Assembly: GCA_020351025.1 (NCBI GenBank)
Contig: CP070728.1
Location: 1,827,510-1,891,509 of the forward strand
Reading direction: 5' to 3'
From: Planctomycetota bacterium
GTDB taxonomy: Bacteria > Planctomycetota > Phycisphaerae > Sedimentisphaerales > Anaerobacaceae
Length of the DNA: 64,000 bases
Each line of letters starts with the position of its first letter. The stretch's first letter is position 1. The notes beneath the pieces were generated by a model, which made no database searches, was not told the DNA's origin, and was given only the letters and a program-made list of their open reading frames with translations. A program made the position numbers and the translations under genes. This document shows, in pieces, positions 20,137 through 28,964 of the stretch.

Positions 20137-20678
20137 AATTTTTGCTCCATTAATTCTCGCAGCTTCTTTAATCCCCTGTGTAACTTCGACAACGTAGTTC
20201 CTATCGGCTCAGACCGCATCGCTGCTATTTCTTTAAAACTCACCTGCGAATAAAAACGTAAAATAATCACTTCTCTCGTATCCTCATCTAACTTACCAAG
20301 TCGCTCCTGTAATCTATCAATTTCCTCCTTATCGAATTGTCTGGCTCCCACTGCTTGTGATTCAATTTGCCTCTTCTCCGCTTTGAGCATTCTTTCCCGT
20401 CGCTGTTTACCTCTTAAGTAATCGTGAAAGACATTTGATGCTACCCTGAACAACCACCCTTCGAAAGCCCCGCCTTTGTAGGTGTTAATTCTCTCTACTA
20501 ACTTGACAAATAGCTCACTGAGTAAATCATCACTAACATCACGGCTGCCCGTCAATCGGTAAAAATACCCGTAACAGCGCCTCGCATACATATCAACCAA
20601 TTGTGAAAAGCTGCTTGCATCACCTCTCTTACAGCCAATTATTATCTCAGCTAAATCGTCATTCTCTGCCATATTCAA
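20133..20678 (-). CDS. RNA polymerase ECF-type sigma factor
   Basis: Region 2 (YGYFYRLTGSRDVSDDLLSELFVKL, GWLFRVASNVFHDYLR) and region 4 (REVIILRFYSQVSFKEIAAMRSEPIGTTLSKLHRGLKKLR). Confidence 0.9.
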   Translation of the reverse strand: MNMAENDDLAEIIIGCKRGDASSFSQLVDMYARRCYGYFYRLTGSRDVSDDLLSELFVKLVERINTYKGGAFEGWLFRVASNVFHDYLRGKQRRERMLKAEKRQIESQAVGARQFDKEEIDRLQERLGKLDEDTREVIILRFYSQVSFKEIAAMRSEPIGTTLSKLHRGLKKLRELMEQKL

Positions 20679-20761
20679 GCAATTTTCTCACATATAAAGA
20701 CGCTTTTTATTACCAATTTATTGCATATTTTATAAAAATTGCTACCCTAAGTTTTATATTT

Positions 20762-21049
20762 ATGCAAGGCACAGAAACAGAACATTTTTCGAAAAATACC
20801 TGGCTTACCAAACTAAAACGCACAGCCACCAGTATTTTACCGGTCGACAGGAACCGTAAAGGCACCTGCAAACGCTGCGGAGCCTGCTGCAAACTGCCAA
20901 ATCACTGCCCATTTTTGAGTACCGACAAGCAGGGCCTGTCCAAATGCAAAATCTATCGGTTTCGCCCACTGAACTGCCGAAAATACCCCCGCTCAAAATC
21001 AGAGCTGATTACAGACGATACCTGCGGATATAGTTTCAATGAAAATTGA
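20762..21049 (+). CDS. YkgJ-family cysteine-cluster protein (CxxCxxCC, UPF0153)
   Basis: CKRCGACCKLPNHCPFL...CKIYRFRPLNCRKYP. Start placed at ATG 20762 to avoid overlapping the divergent sigma gene. Confidence 0.75.
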   Translation: MQGTETEHFSKNTWLTKLKRTATSILPVDRNRKGTCKRCGACCKLPNHCPFLSTDKQGLSKCKIYRFRPLNCRKYPRSKSELITDDTCGYSFNEN

Positions 21050-21102
21050 GACAAACAATTGAAATTGCTGCTTTGCAAATCCCTCCGCTGCATGGCTCTT
21101 TA

Positions 21103-21384
21103 TTACTTATTTTCCTCTTCCTCTTCTTCAAGTTTCCAGCCTTCTGATTCGTCTATATCCTCGATTTCGCGTTTCATATATTTGAACATTTTATCCTGCA
21201 ATGGTGCCAGTTTATCATACCACTTAAGCATTCTTTGATAGTTGGCCACCAGCATATCAAGACGGATTAGCTGCCATTTGGCTATACACTCCGCCTCCTT
21301 GATATTAACAAACGGATCACACTTAAATGTCCTTCTCCCGTCAGGACCCATCTCGCAAAGTTCACAATCTTTACACTGAATCAT
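21103..21384 (-). CDS. hypothetical small Cys-rich protein with acidic tail
   Basis: 93-aa ORF: N-terminal CKDCELCE...C...C cluster, helical middle, C-terminal EEEEEENK. No family recognised. Confidence 0.45.
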   Translation of the reverse strand: MIQCKDCELCEMGPDGRRTFKCDPFVNIKEAECIAKWQLIRLDMLVANYQRMLKWYDKLAPLQDKMFKYMKREIEDIDESEGWKLEEEEEENK

Positions 21385-21532
21385 TTTTGCACCAAAATCT
21401 AAATCAGCAAAATATCCAGAGAAAAAATTTGCCTTTTTACCTTCTTTACTTTTAGCCTATCATACCATATATTCTAAACTGTTAAAAGTAATTTCAAATA
21501 TAGATTTTATGGTCGCTTTATTGGAGAGATAA

Positions 21533-21616
21533 ATGGCAAAACCAAGACGCAGACGCAAAGTCGGCAGTAAAAAAAGACAGGCCCGCTGGAAAGTTCGACA
21601 TAAAAAAAGCGGCTAG
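21533..21616 (+). CDS. candidate 27-aa highly basic small protein (below the ORF-track cutoff)
   Basis: GGAGAG at 21523-28, then ATG at 21533. Encodes MAKPRRRRKVGSKKRQARWKVRHKKSG. Composition resembles tiny ribosome-associated proteins. Confidence 0.4.
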   Translation: MAKPRRRRKVGSKKRQARWKVRHKKSG

Positions 21617-21670
21617 CAAGTAACTATATGGCCAGTAGTGGGTAGCACTCCGCTGTCCGCAACCAACAAA

Positions 21671-23263
21671 ATGAAACATCTCAATATAACCTTCAAACCT
21701 GATGGTAAGCGAATTTCTATCCATCAGGGTGCGACATTACTCGAAGCCGCTGGACAGGCAGGCATAATCTTAAATACCGTTTGCGGCGGCAAGGGCATCT
21801 GTGAAAAGTGTATTGTAAATATCGAGCCGACCGGCCAAGACGTCCTGGCCTGTCAGCACCATATTCAAAGCGACCTTATAGTAACAATCCCCATCAGCTC
21901 AAGGTTCTTCGAGCAGAAAATCCTCTCTGAAGGCATCTCTGCAAAACCCAAAGTCCAGCCTGACGTATGGAAAAAATACAAAAAACCAGACTCAACCGAC
22001 AAAATATTTGGCCTGGCCGTTGATATCGGCACCACCACCATCGTCGCAAAATTAGTCGATATGACAAACGGACAATGCCTTGCAACCCAGGCTGACCTAA
22101 ATCCGCAGTGCCGATACGGCGATGATGTTATCAGTAGAATTGCCTACGCTCAAACCGATGCAAAATTGGCTGAACTGAACGCATTGCTCATACAGTGCAT
22201 AAACAAACTGACCGCCCAGCTTTGCAACCAGGTCTCTATAGATGCGACACAAATATACGAAATATCCGCTGTCGGCAATACTACTATGAATCACATCTTT
22301 CAAAAATTTCCCATAACCAGCCTTGGCCTAGCACCGTACAAGCCTTTCTCTGTCGATGCTAAAGACCTGTCACCTGATGAAATAGGCTTGAAAATAAATC
22401 CTGTTGGTAACATACATACCACTAACAACATAGCCGGCTTTGTCGGCTCAGATACTACAGCCGTTGCGCTTGCGGTAGATATAAATTCAGCTCAAGAACC
22501 GACATTAGCGGTTGACATCGGCACAAACGGCGAGCTCGTGCTTGCTGCCTCCCGCAAGCTTTATGCTGCAAGCTGTGCTGCCGGGCCAGCTCTGGAAGGG
22601 GCACGAATCAGCTGTGGCAGCAGGGCGGCAGAGGGTGCAATAGAAGCTGTCGTTGTAAATGAAGATGACATAGATTTGGATGTGATAGGCGGCTGTCCCC
22701 CGCGCTCTATATGCGGCAGCGGCCTGATTGACGCTATGGCAGTATTGTTGGATTTGGGTATTGTGGATACAACCGGAACCTTCGTAGAGCCTGAAAAACT
22801 ACCTGCTGATTTACCTTCCGCCATTCGCTCACGAATCGTCAAACATAACGACCAGTCGGCTTTTTGCTTAGACAGAGCCGCGAACGTAAGTGAGCGGTCC
22901 CTCCTCCTTACTCAGGAGGATATTCGGCAGGTGCAGCTTGCAAAAGCTGCTATACGAACCGGCATAAAACTTTTGCAGAAAAAAATCGGCATTAGCGATA
23001 GCGACATAGAGCAGGTCTTCTTAGCCGGCGCCTTCGGCAACTATATCAGGCGGGAATCGGCCCTGCGTATAGGCCTACTGCCTGCTGTCGCGGTAGAGAA
23101 GATTCGATTTGTCGGCAACGCCGCCAGCAGCGGCGCACAGATGCTCCTTCTAAGCAGCCACTGTCGAGAAAAGGCCAGCAAATTAGCCCAGAAAATTGAA
23201 TACGTCGAACTTGCCAACGAAAAAGACTTCCCGGCCGTCTTTGCAGAATCAATGAGATTCTAA
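21671..23263 (+). CDS. ASKHA-fold protein with N-terminal [2Fe-2S] ferredoxin domain (RACo-like corrinoid activase family, DUF4445)
   Basis: ITFKPDGKRISIHQGATLLEAAGQAGIILNTVCGGKGICEKC ferredoxin module, then ASKHA phosphate motifs (GLAVDIGTTTIV, LAVDIGTNGELVL, AGAFGNY). Start placed at MKHLN. Confidence 0.8.
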   Translation: MKHLNITFKPDGKRISIHQGATLLEAAGQAGIILNTVCGGKGICEKCIVNIEPTGQDVLACQHHIQSDLIVTIPISSRFFEQKILSEGISAKPKVQPDVWKKYKKPDSTDKIFGLAVDIGTTTIVAKLVDMTNGQCLATQADLNPQCRYGDDVISRIAYAQTDAKLAELNALLIQCINKLTAQLCNQVSIDATQIYEISAVGNTTMNHIFQKFPITSLGLAPYKPFSVDAKDLSPDEIGLKINPVGNIHTTNNIAGFVGSDTTAVALAVDINSAQEPTLAVDIGTNGELVLAASRKLYAASCAAGPALEGARISCGSRAAEGAIEAVVVNEDDIDLDVIGGCPPRSICGSGLIDAMAVLLDLGIVDTTGTFVEPEKLPADLPSAIRSRIVKHNDQSAFCLDRAANVSERSLLLTQEDIRQVQLAKAAIRTGIKLLQKKIGISDSDIEQVFLAGAFGNYIRRESALRIGLLPAVAVEKIRFVGNAASSGAQMLLLSSHCREKASKLAQKIEYVELANEKDFPAVFAESMRF

Positions 23264-23290
23264 AAAAGTATAAGAGCACAAGGACAGTGG

Positions 23291-24256
23291 TTACATCGCC
23301 CGTGTATAGGCCAGCAGGTACACCATATATGCGATGTACACGCAGAGCAGCAGAGTACCAGCGACTCGCCCAATGATGCGCCGTCCGATTAGGGCTGCGG
23401 CGGCAAAAACAACACTGACGACAATCATAATCCAATAATCAGTCGCTATGAGGCGATGTCCAATTTCAAATGGTTTAATGGTGCCCGCCGTGCCGACAAC
23501 GAGCAGTGTATTAAAAACATTCGAGCCGACGAGGTTGCCGATGGAAATATCATGCTGGCCTTTAACGGAGGCCGCTATACAGGTTGCCAGCTCCGGCAGA
23601 GAGGTGCCTATTGCGATAATGGTCAGGCCAATAACAGCATTACTCAACCCGATTCGCTCACCTACAAACACCGCACCCCGAACAGCCATATCCGCTCCCA
23701 AGGCCAGCCCTGCCAATCCAATTACAATAAACAACACACTTTTTTTCGTTGTGCGTATTGCGTATTGCGTATTGCATTCGCTGCGCGATGAATTAACGGC
23801 GTCTTTTCGTGCCATATATACGGTTAGAAGTATCAGCGCCGCGAAAATAACCAGCAATACCAGACCCTCCGGCCGTGACAAAAATAAGTTGTGCAGGACA
23901 GGCCATAGTAATAACGCCACAAGTATCATCACTGGTATTTCACGCTGCAACGTCCGCAGTTGAACTCTAATAGGCCGAATAAGAGCTGCTATACCGCCTA
24001 CAAGAGCAAGGTTGGCAATATTAGAGCCGTATACGTTACCTATGGCCACATCCCCTACACCTCGGACAGCAGCAGCAATACTGGCAGCCACCTCTGGGGC
24101 GGAAGTACCCATAGCTACAACGGTTAAACCGACAACAAGAGGGCTTACGCCAAGCTGCCGTGCCAGGGCAACGGCACCTGAGACCAAAAAATCGGCGCAC
24201 TTCCATAGTATTAAAAGTCCGCCAAGCAAAAGTAAGCAAGCCCAGATTATGTTCAT
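23291..24256 (-). CDS. Ca2+/Na+ antiporter (CaCA family, YrbG-like)
   Basis: Two alpha-repeats, GTSAPEVAASI...GNVYGSNIANL and GTSLPELATCI...GNLVGSNVFN. About 10 TM helices. Confidence 0.9.
   Translation of the reverse strand: MNIIWACLLLLGGLLILWKCADFLVSGAVALARQLGVSPLVVGLTVVAMGTSAPEVAASIAAAVRGVGDVAIGNVYGSNIANLALVGGIAALIRPIRVQLRTLQREIPVMILVALLLWPVLHNLFLSRPEGLVLLVIFAALILLTVYMARKDAVNSSRSECNTQYAIRTTKKSVLFIVIGLAGLALGADMAVRGAVFVGERIGLSNAVIGLTIIAIGTSLPELATCIAASVKGQHDISIGNLVGSNVFNTLLVVGTAGTIKPFEIGHRLIATDYWIMIVVSVVFAAAALIGRRIIGRVAGTLLLCVYIAYMVYLLAYTRAM
23753..23773. repeat. heptanucleotide tandem repeat (GCGTATT x3) inside the antiporter central loop
   Basis: gcgtatt at 23753-59, 23760-66 and 23767-73, read directly. 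Confidence 0.9.
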
Positions 24257-24419
24257 TGTTTATACTTTAACAAAAGATACAGAAAGCGGAAAACTGTTTT
24301 TTTTGTCACTTACCAACTCCAACGACGAATCTTAATAGTAGATAGAAACGATTTTCGATTTACAAAAGGCCATTGAGAATTGAAAATCTTAAAATCAAAA
24401 AATTGTAGAATGAAAAACT

Positions 24420-25664
24420 CTATATCTTTCCTACGACCACACAGGCATTATGACCGCCAAAGCCAAAAGAATTGCTCAAGGCAACATTAACTTTTGCCTG
24501 CCGGGCTTTTAGTGGCACATAATCCATTTTAAGGTCGCAGCGCTCATCCTGGTTATCGAGGTTTATAGTGGGGGGGATAATCGACTCATTAATGGCTTTT
24601 ACGCATGCAATAAGCTCAACCGCACCACTTGCTCCAAGTAGATGCCCAAGGCTGCTCTTGGTTGAGCTGACAGCCAACTTATATGCGCGGTCGCCAAAAA
24701 CTGTCTTGATAGCGACGCTTTCAGTAATGTCATTTAGCTCAGTACCTGTCCCGTGTGCGTTGATATAGTCAACTTTTTCTGCTTCAATACGAGCATCAAC
24801 TATCGCAAGCTCCATTGCTTTTGCTGCACCTTCGCCATTTGGCAGGGGTGCAGTAATATGATACCCATCATCGGTAGCCCCGTAGCCAAGAAGCTCAGCG
24901 TATATGCTGGCGGCGCGCTTCTTAGCGTGTTCGTATTCTTCTAAAACGAGAATACCAGCCCCCTCCGAAAGTACAAAGCCGTCCCTGTCTCTATCAAACG
25001 GCCTCGAAGCTGCAACAGGGTCGTTATTTCGAGTGCTCAGTGACCTTGCAGCACAGAAGGAAGCTAATCCTACAGGGGTAAGAGCTGCCTCGGCGCCGCC
25101 GGTTATAACAATGTCGCTTTGACCAGCAAAGATGTTGCAAAAAGCCTCACCAATGGCGTGAGTACCTGAGGCACAGGCGCTGGTAACAGAGAAATTGGAG
25201 CCCCGTAAACCGTACTGAATGGCAATATTACCACAAGCAGCGTTAGCCATAAGCCTAGGAACAGTAAAAGGTGAAAGCTGCCGGGGTCCTTTGTTGAGCA
25301 GCCTAACATGCTGGTCTTCAATTTCCTTAATCCCCCCTATGCCCGTTCCTACAATCACACCTATACGGTAAACATCTTCCTGTGAAAAATCGAGACCACT
25401 ATCATCTATTGCCTGCTTCGCTGCCGCTATAGCAAACTGGCTGAAGCGGTCCATACGCTTGCCTTCGCGACGGTCAATGTATTTCGTTACCTCGAAATTT
25501 TTTATCTCACCGCCAAACTTTACCGGGTATGGACTGACATCAAATGACTCTATATAAGAGATGCCGCTTTTACCGTCGCAAAGGGAGGTAAAAAGTTCAG
25601 CAACGGATTGACCCAAGGCGGTAACACACCCCAGGCCAGTAATAACGACTCGTCTTCTTTTCAT
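24420..25664 (-). CDS. fabF: beta-ketoacyl-ACP synthase II
   Basis: Active-site ACASG, HGTGT and GHLLGASG motifs. Position after acpP. Confidence 0.95.
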   Translation of the reverse strand: MKRRRVVITGLGCVTALGQSVAELFTSLCDGKSGISYIESFDVSPYPVKFGGEIKNFEVTKYIDRREGKRMDRFSQFAIAAAKQAIDDSGLDFSQEDVYRIGVIVGTGIGGIKEIEDQHVRLLNKGPRQLSPFTVPRLMANAACGNIAIQYGLRGSNFSVTSACASGTHAIGEAFCNIFAGQSDIVITGGAEAALTPVGLASFCAARSLSTRNNDPVAASRPFDRDRDGFVLSEGAGILVLEEYEHAKKRAASIYAELLGYGATDDGYHITAPLPNGEGAAKAMELAIVDARIEAEKVDYINAHGTGTELNDITESVAIKTVFGDRAYKLAVSSTKSSLGHLLGASGAVELIACVKAINESIIPPTINLDNQDERCDLKMDYVPLKARQAKVNVALSNSFGFGGHNACVVVGKI

Positions 25665-25682
25665 AACGCTAAACTTAATTTG

Positions 25683-25955
25683 CTATTCCTGGCTTTTGGA
25701 GCGTGCAATATTTGCAATGTAATCGATTGCAGCACCGACTGTCTGGATTTTTTCGGCCTCTTCATCCGGAATGCTCATATCAAATTCGTCTTCAAACTCC
25801 ATTACCAGCTCGACCGTATCCAGGGAGTCGGCATTCAAATCGTTAATAAACGAGGTTTCGCGTGCTATCTCTGATTTGTCAACGCCCATCTGCTCGCTTA
25901 TTATCTCGACCACTCTTTTCTCGATTGCCACAACATCTACTTCATCGGCACTCAC
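25683..25955 (-). CDS. acpP: acyl carrier protein
   Basis: [21 protein letters not shown] phosphopantetheine-Ser motif. Confidence 0.95.
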   Translation of the reverse strand: MSADEVDVVAIEKRVVEIISEQMGVDKSEIARETSFINDLNADSLDTVELVMEFEDEFDMSIPDEEAEKIQTVGAAIDYIANIARSKSQE

Positions 25956-26211
25956 TTGTTTTGTCCTCCATACAAGTTCGAGTTTCTTTCATAACCTCAA
26001 CGTCAACAATCAACGATACTAACCGGCACTAACAACTACACAATCCATTTCCTATTTTGGCAGGTAATACTACCACAAAAGTGCCCATCTACAATATTAT
26101 TTTTTAATTTTTTTACCGTTGCCAATTAATAACCATACATCGATAAATATGACTCAGACAGGCGTATCACTCACCTGAATATCATATCTAACAGCACCAC
26201 GCATTATGAGA

Positions 26212-26952
26212 CTACATTGCCATTCCACCGTCGATACAAAGCACCTGGCCCGTGATATAGCCAGCCTCGTCACTTGCAAGAAACGCAACAGCGTTAGCCA
26301 CGTCATCCACGCTGCCGAATCTTCGCAGCGGTATAATCTGTTTTGCCGCCTCTTTGACAACGTCGGGCAGCTTATCAGTCATCTCTGTAACAATAAAGCC
26401 CGGTGCAACACAATTGGCCGTTATATTCTTTCTGGCAAGCTCACGAGCTACAGTTTTGGTCAAACCGATAAGGCCTGCCTTGCTTGCAGCATAATTACTC
26501 TGGCCGGCATTACCCATCACACCAGCTACTGAGCTTAGACTGATAATGCGGCCGAACTTATTACGCACCATAGACCTTGCTGCAACGCGCATCGCAATAA
26601 ATGCAGCTCGAAGATTAACATCAATGACTTTATCAAAATCCTCGTTGCTCATTTGCAAAAGTAATTTGTCGCGAGTAATACCAGCATTGTTTACCAGGAT
26701 TCCAATACCTTCGTGCTTGGCAGCGAGTGACTCAAGTATTTCAGTAAGCGCATCTGTATCAGTAATATCAACACAGTACGTTTCACAACTAAAGCCAGCC
26801 TGTTTTACAACTTCCTCAAGCTCTTTAAGCTGCTCAGCGTTTATATCTAAGCCGGCAACGATACGGCCTTGCTTCAAAAGTGCAAGAACCACCGCACGAC
26901 CTATACCTCTGGCGGCACCTGTTACAACAGCAAGTCTCTTGTCTGACATCAT
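26212..26952 (-). CDS. fabG: 3-oxoacyl-ACP reductase
   Basis: TGAARGIG, NNAG and the SxnYxxxK triad (SNYAASKAG). fab cluster context. Confidence 0.95.
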   Translation of the reverse strand: MMSDKRLAVVTGAARGIGRAVVLALLKQGRIVAGLDINAEQLKELEEVVKQAGFSCETYCVDITDTDALTEILESLAAKHEGIGILVNNAGITRDKLLLQMSNEDFDKVIDVNLRAAFIAMRVAARSMVRNKFGRIISLSSVAGVMGNAGQSNYAASKAGLIGLTKTVARELARKNITANCVAPGFIVTEMTDKLPDVVKEAAKQIIPLRRFGSVDDVANAVAFLASDEAGYITGQVLCIDGGMAM

Positions 26953-26971
26953 TCTGCGCTCCTGAATAAAC

Positions 26972-27910
26972 TTAACGGTTTAACAATTCGTTTATCGCCT
27001 GCAAAGTGCCGACGTTGATAACTTTTGTTTTTCTATTGATTCTACGCATCAGCCCTGTCAAAACCCTGCCAGGCCCTATCTCATAAAAATTCTCAATCCT
27101 TTCTGCTATAAGTTTTTCCATACATTTTTGCCAGTAAATTGCGTTAGTCAACTGCTTTATTAGGCCTTGTGCTATTTCACTACCTTCTTTGTAATATTCA
27201 GCATTAATATTGGCAATAATTTTGACATCAGAGGGCTCTGAAATCTCAGTTTTTTTCAATGCTTCTTCAAGGGCATCTGCCGCACTTGACATCATCTGAG
27301 TATGAAAAGCGCCGGCCACTTCTAATCGAACTGCTTTTATAGCACCGTACTTTTCTGCCAGCTTTTCCACCCGCTGGCAGGCTGCCTTGCTGCCACTTAC
27401 CACGGTTTGCCCTGGGCAATTGAAATTAACCGCATCCAAAAGCTCACCTTCACTTGCCTCAGCACAAAGCTGATTAATCTTGTCCTCATCAAGGCCAATA
27501 ATACTGACCATTACACCTTCTTTCATTTCAGCAGCAGCCTGCATTGCCTGCCCACGTTTGGCAACCAGCGTAAGTGCATGCTCAAAACCAATTACGCCCG
27601 CAGCATAGAGAGCTGTGTACTCACCCAAACTAAGCCCGGCTGTAACATCCGGCGTTATTTGGCAAGTTGCCGGCTCAGTCCTGAGAACTTCCAAGATGGC
27701 AGCGGAAGTTACGAAAATCGCAGGTTGGGAAATTGCCGTGGTATTTAGCTGTTCCGCAGGCCCTTCGAAACAGATTTTGCTCAAATCAAACCCAAGTATA
27801 TTATCAGCTTTTTGATAAATCTCCGCCGCTACGACGAAAGTCCGAGCAATCTCAACCCCCATCCCAACGACCTGAGCACCTTGTCCCGGAAACAAAAAAG
27901 CTGTCTTCAT
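26972..27910 (-). CDS. fabD: malonyl-CoA-ACP transacylase
   Basis: FLFPGQGAQ, GLSLGEYTAL and AFHT motifs. Start placed at MKTAFLF (27910). Confidence 0.95.
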   Translation of the reverse strand: MKTAFLFPGQGAQVVGMGVEIARTFVVAAEIYQKADNILGFDLSKICFEGPAEQLNTTAISQPAIFVTSAAILEVLRTEPATCQITPDVTAGLSLGEYTALYAAGVIGFEHALTLVAKRGQAMQAAAEMKEGVMVSIIGLDEDKINQLCAEASEGELLDAVNFNCPGQTVVSGSKAACQRVEKLAEKYGAIKAVRLEVAGAFHTQMMSSAADALEEALKKTEISEPSDVKIIANINAEYYKEGSEIAQGLIKQLTNAIYWQKCMEKLIAERIENFYEIGPGRVLTGLMRRINRKTKVINVGTLQAINELLNR

Positions 27911-27950
27911 AATCCGTATCTTGTATCTGTTCTGGTGTCTCAACGAGACA

Positions 27951-28964
27951 CTAAAACTGGATTACATTGGCACCCCACGTTAGTCCTGCTCCGAAGGCTA
28001 CGAAAATGACAATATCACCCCGCTTGATTTTCCCTGCCCTGACGCACTCATCAAAAGCAATAGGCACCGATGCTGCCGATGTATTGCCGTATTCGGTAAT
28101 GTTTAGGTAGACCTTTTCATTAGGCAGGTTTAACCGCTTTGCCGCAGACTCAATAATCCTGGCATTCATCTGGTGTGAAATGACCATGCCAATATCATCA
28201 ATGGTCAACCCACAATGGTCCATACACGCGTTAACAGTCTCGACAATTCGCCTGATGGCCTGCTGATAGACTTCTCTGCCTTTGATTTCCATATATATTT
28301 TGTTGGGGTCCTTCAGTTTCTTGTCAGCTGGATAACGAGAACCGTACGCCTGGCAATTTAACGCCTTCCAGCGGTCCCCATCCGACGACATAGTGCTATA
28401 AATTATCCCCCTTTGCTTACCCTCGCCTCGTTCAAGCACAACTGCACCGGCACCGTCTCCAAAGAGAATACAGCTTGTCCTGTCTTTCCAGTTGGTAATC
28501 TTGGTTAAGGTTTCGGCCCCTATTACAAGAGCTTTTTTACAGCGGCCGCTCTCCAGGAACTGTTGCACAATAGACAGACCATAGACAAAGCCACTGCAAG
28601 CGGCGGCTAAATCAAATACCCATGCTTTCTTCGCCCGCAGAGAACGCTGCACAAAGGACGCCGTTGAAGGGAAAACCATCTCCGGCGTAATAGTAGCAAC
28701 AATGATAAGGTCAAGCTCACCAGCATCAAGGTTAGCCTCAGCCAATGCTCTCTTGGCTGCTTCCGTAGCTAAAAATGCAGTAGTCTCATCGTCAGTGGTA
28801 ATGTGACGAACCTTGATTCCGGTACGGCTTGTAATCCATTCATCTGAAGTGTCAACCTTCTTTGCCAATTCTTCATTCGTTAATTTATTAGCCGGCGCAA
28901 ATGAACCATGACCAGTGATAACTGCGCGATAAGCGAGGCGGCGCTGCTTAACTTCCTTGTTCAT
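27951..28964 (-). CDS. fabH: beta-ketoacyl-ACP synthase III
   Basis: AACSGF active-site Cys, HQMN and GNTSAAS motifs. 17-nt overlap with plsX. Confidence 0.95.
   Translation of the reverse strand: MNKEVKQRRLAYRAVITGHGSFAPANKLTNEELAKKVDTSDEWITSRTGIKVRHITTDDETTAFLATEAAKRALAEANLDAGELDLIIVATITPEMVFPSTASFVQRSLRAKKAWVFDLAAACSGFVYGLSIVQQFLESGRCKKALVIGAETLTKITNWKDRTSCILFGDGAGAVVLERGEGKQRGIIYSTMSSDGDRWKALNCQAYGSRYPADKKLKDPNKIYMEIKGREVYQQAIRRIVETVNACMDHCGLTIDDIGMVISHQMNARIIESAAKRLNLPNEKVYLNITEYGNTSAASVPIAFDECVRAGKIKRGDIVIFVAFGAGLTWGANVIQF

Noticed and set aside
20603-20761. N-terminal extension of the YkgJ-family ORF (start at 20603)
   Set aside because: The extension overlaps the divergent ECF sigma gene start by 76 nt and encodes low-complexity sequence. 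The family domain begins after the internal ATG at 20762.
24257-24419. Weak hairpin ACAG...CTGT followed by T8 between the antiporter and fabF
   Set aside because: The stem is only 4-5 bp and the orientation does not fit either flanking gene. That is insufficient to call a terminator.
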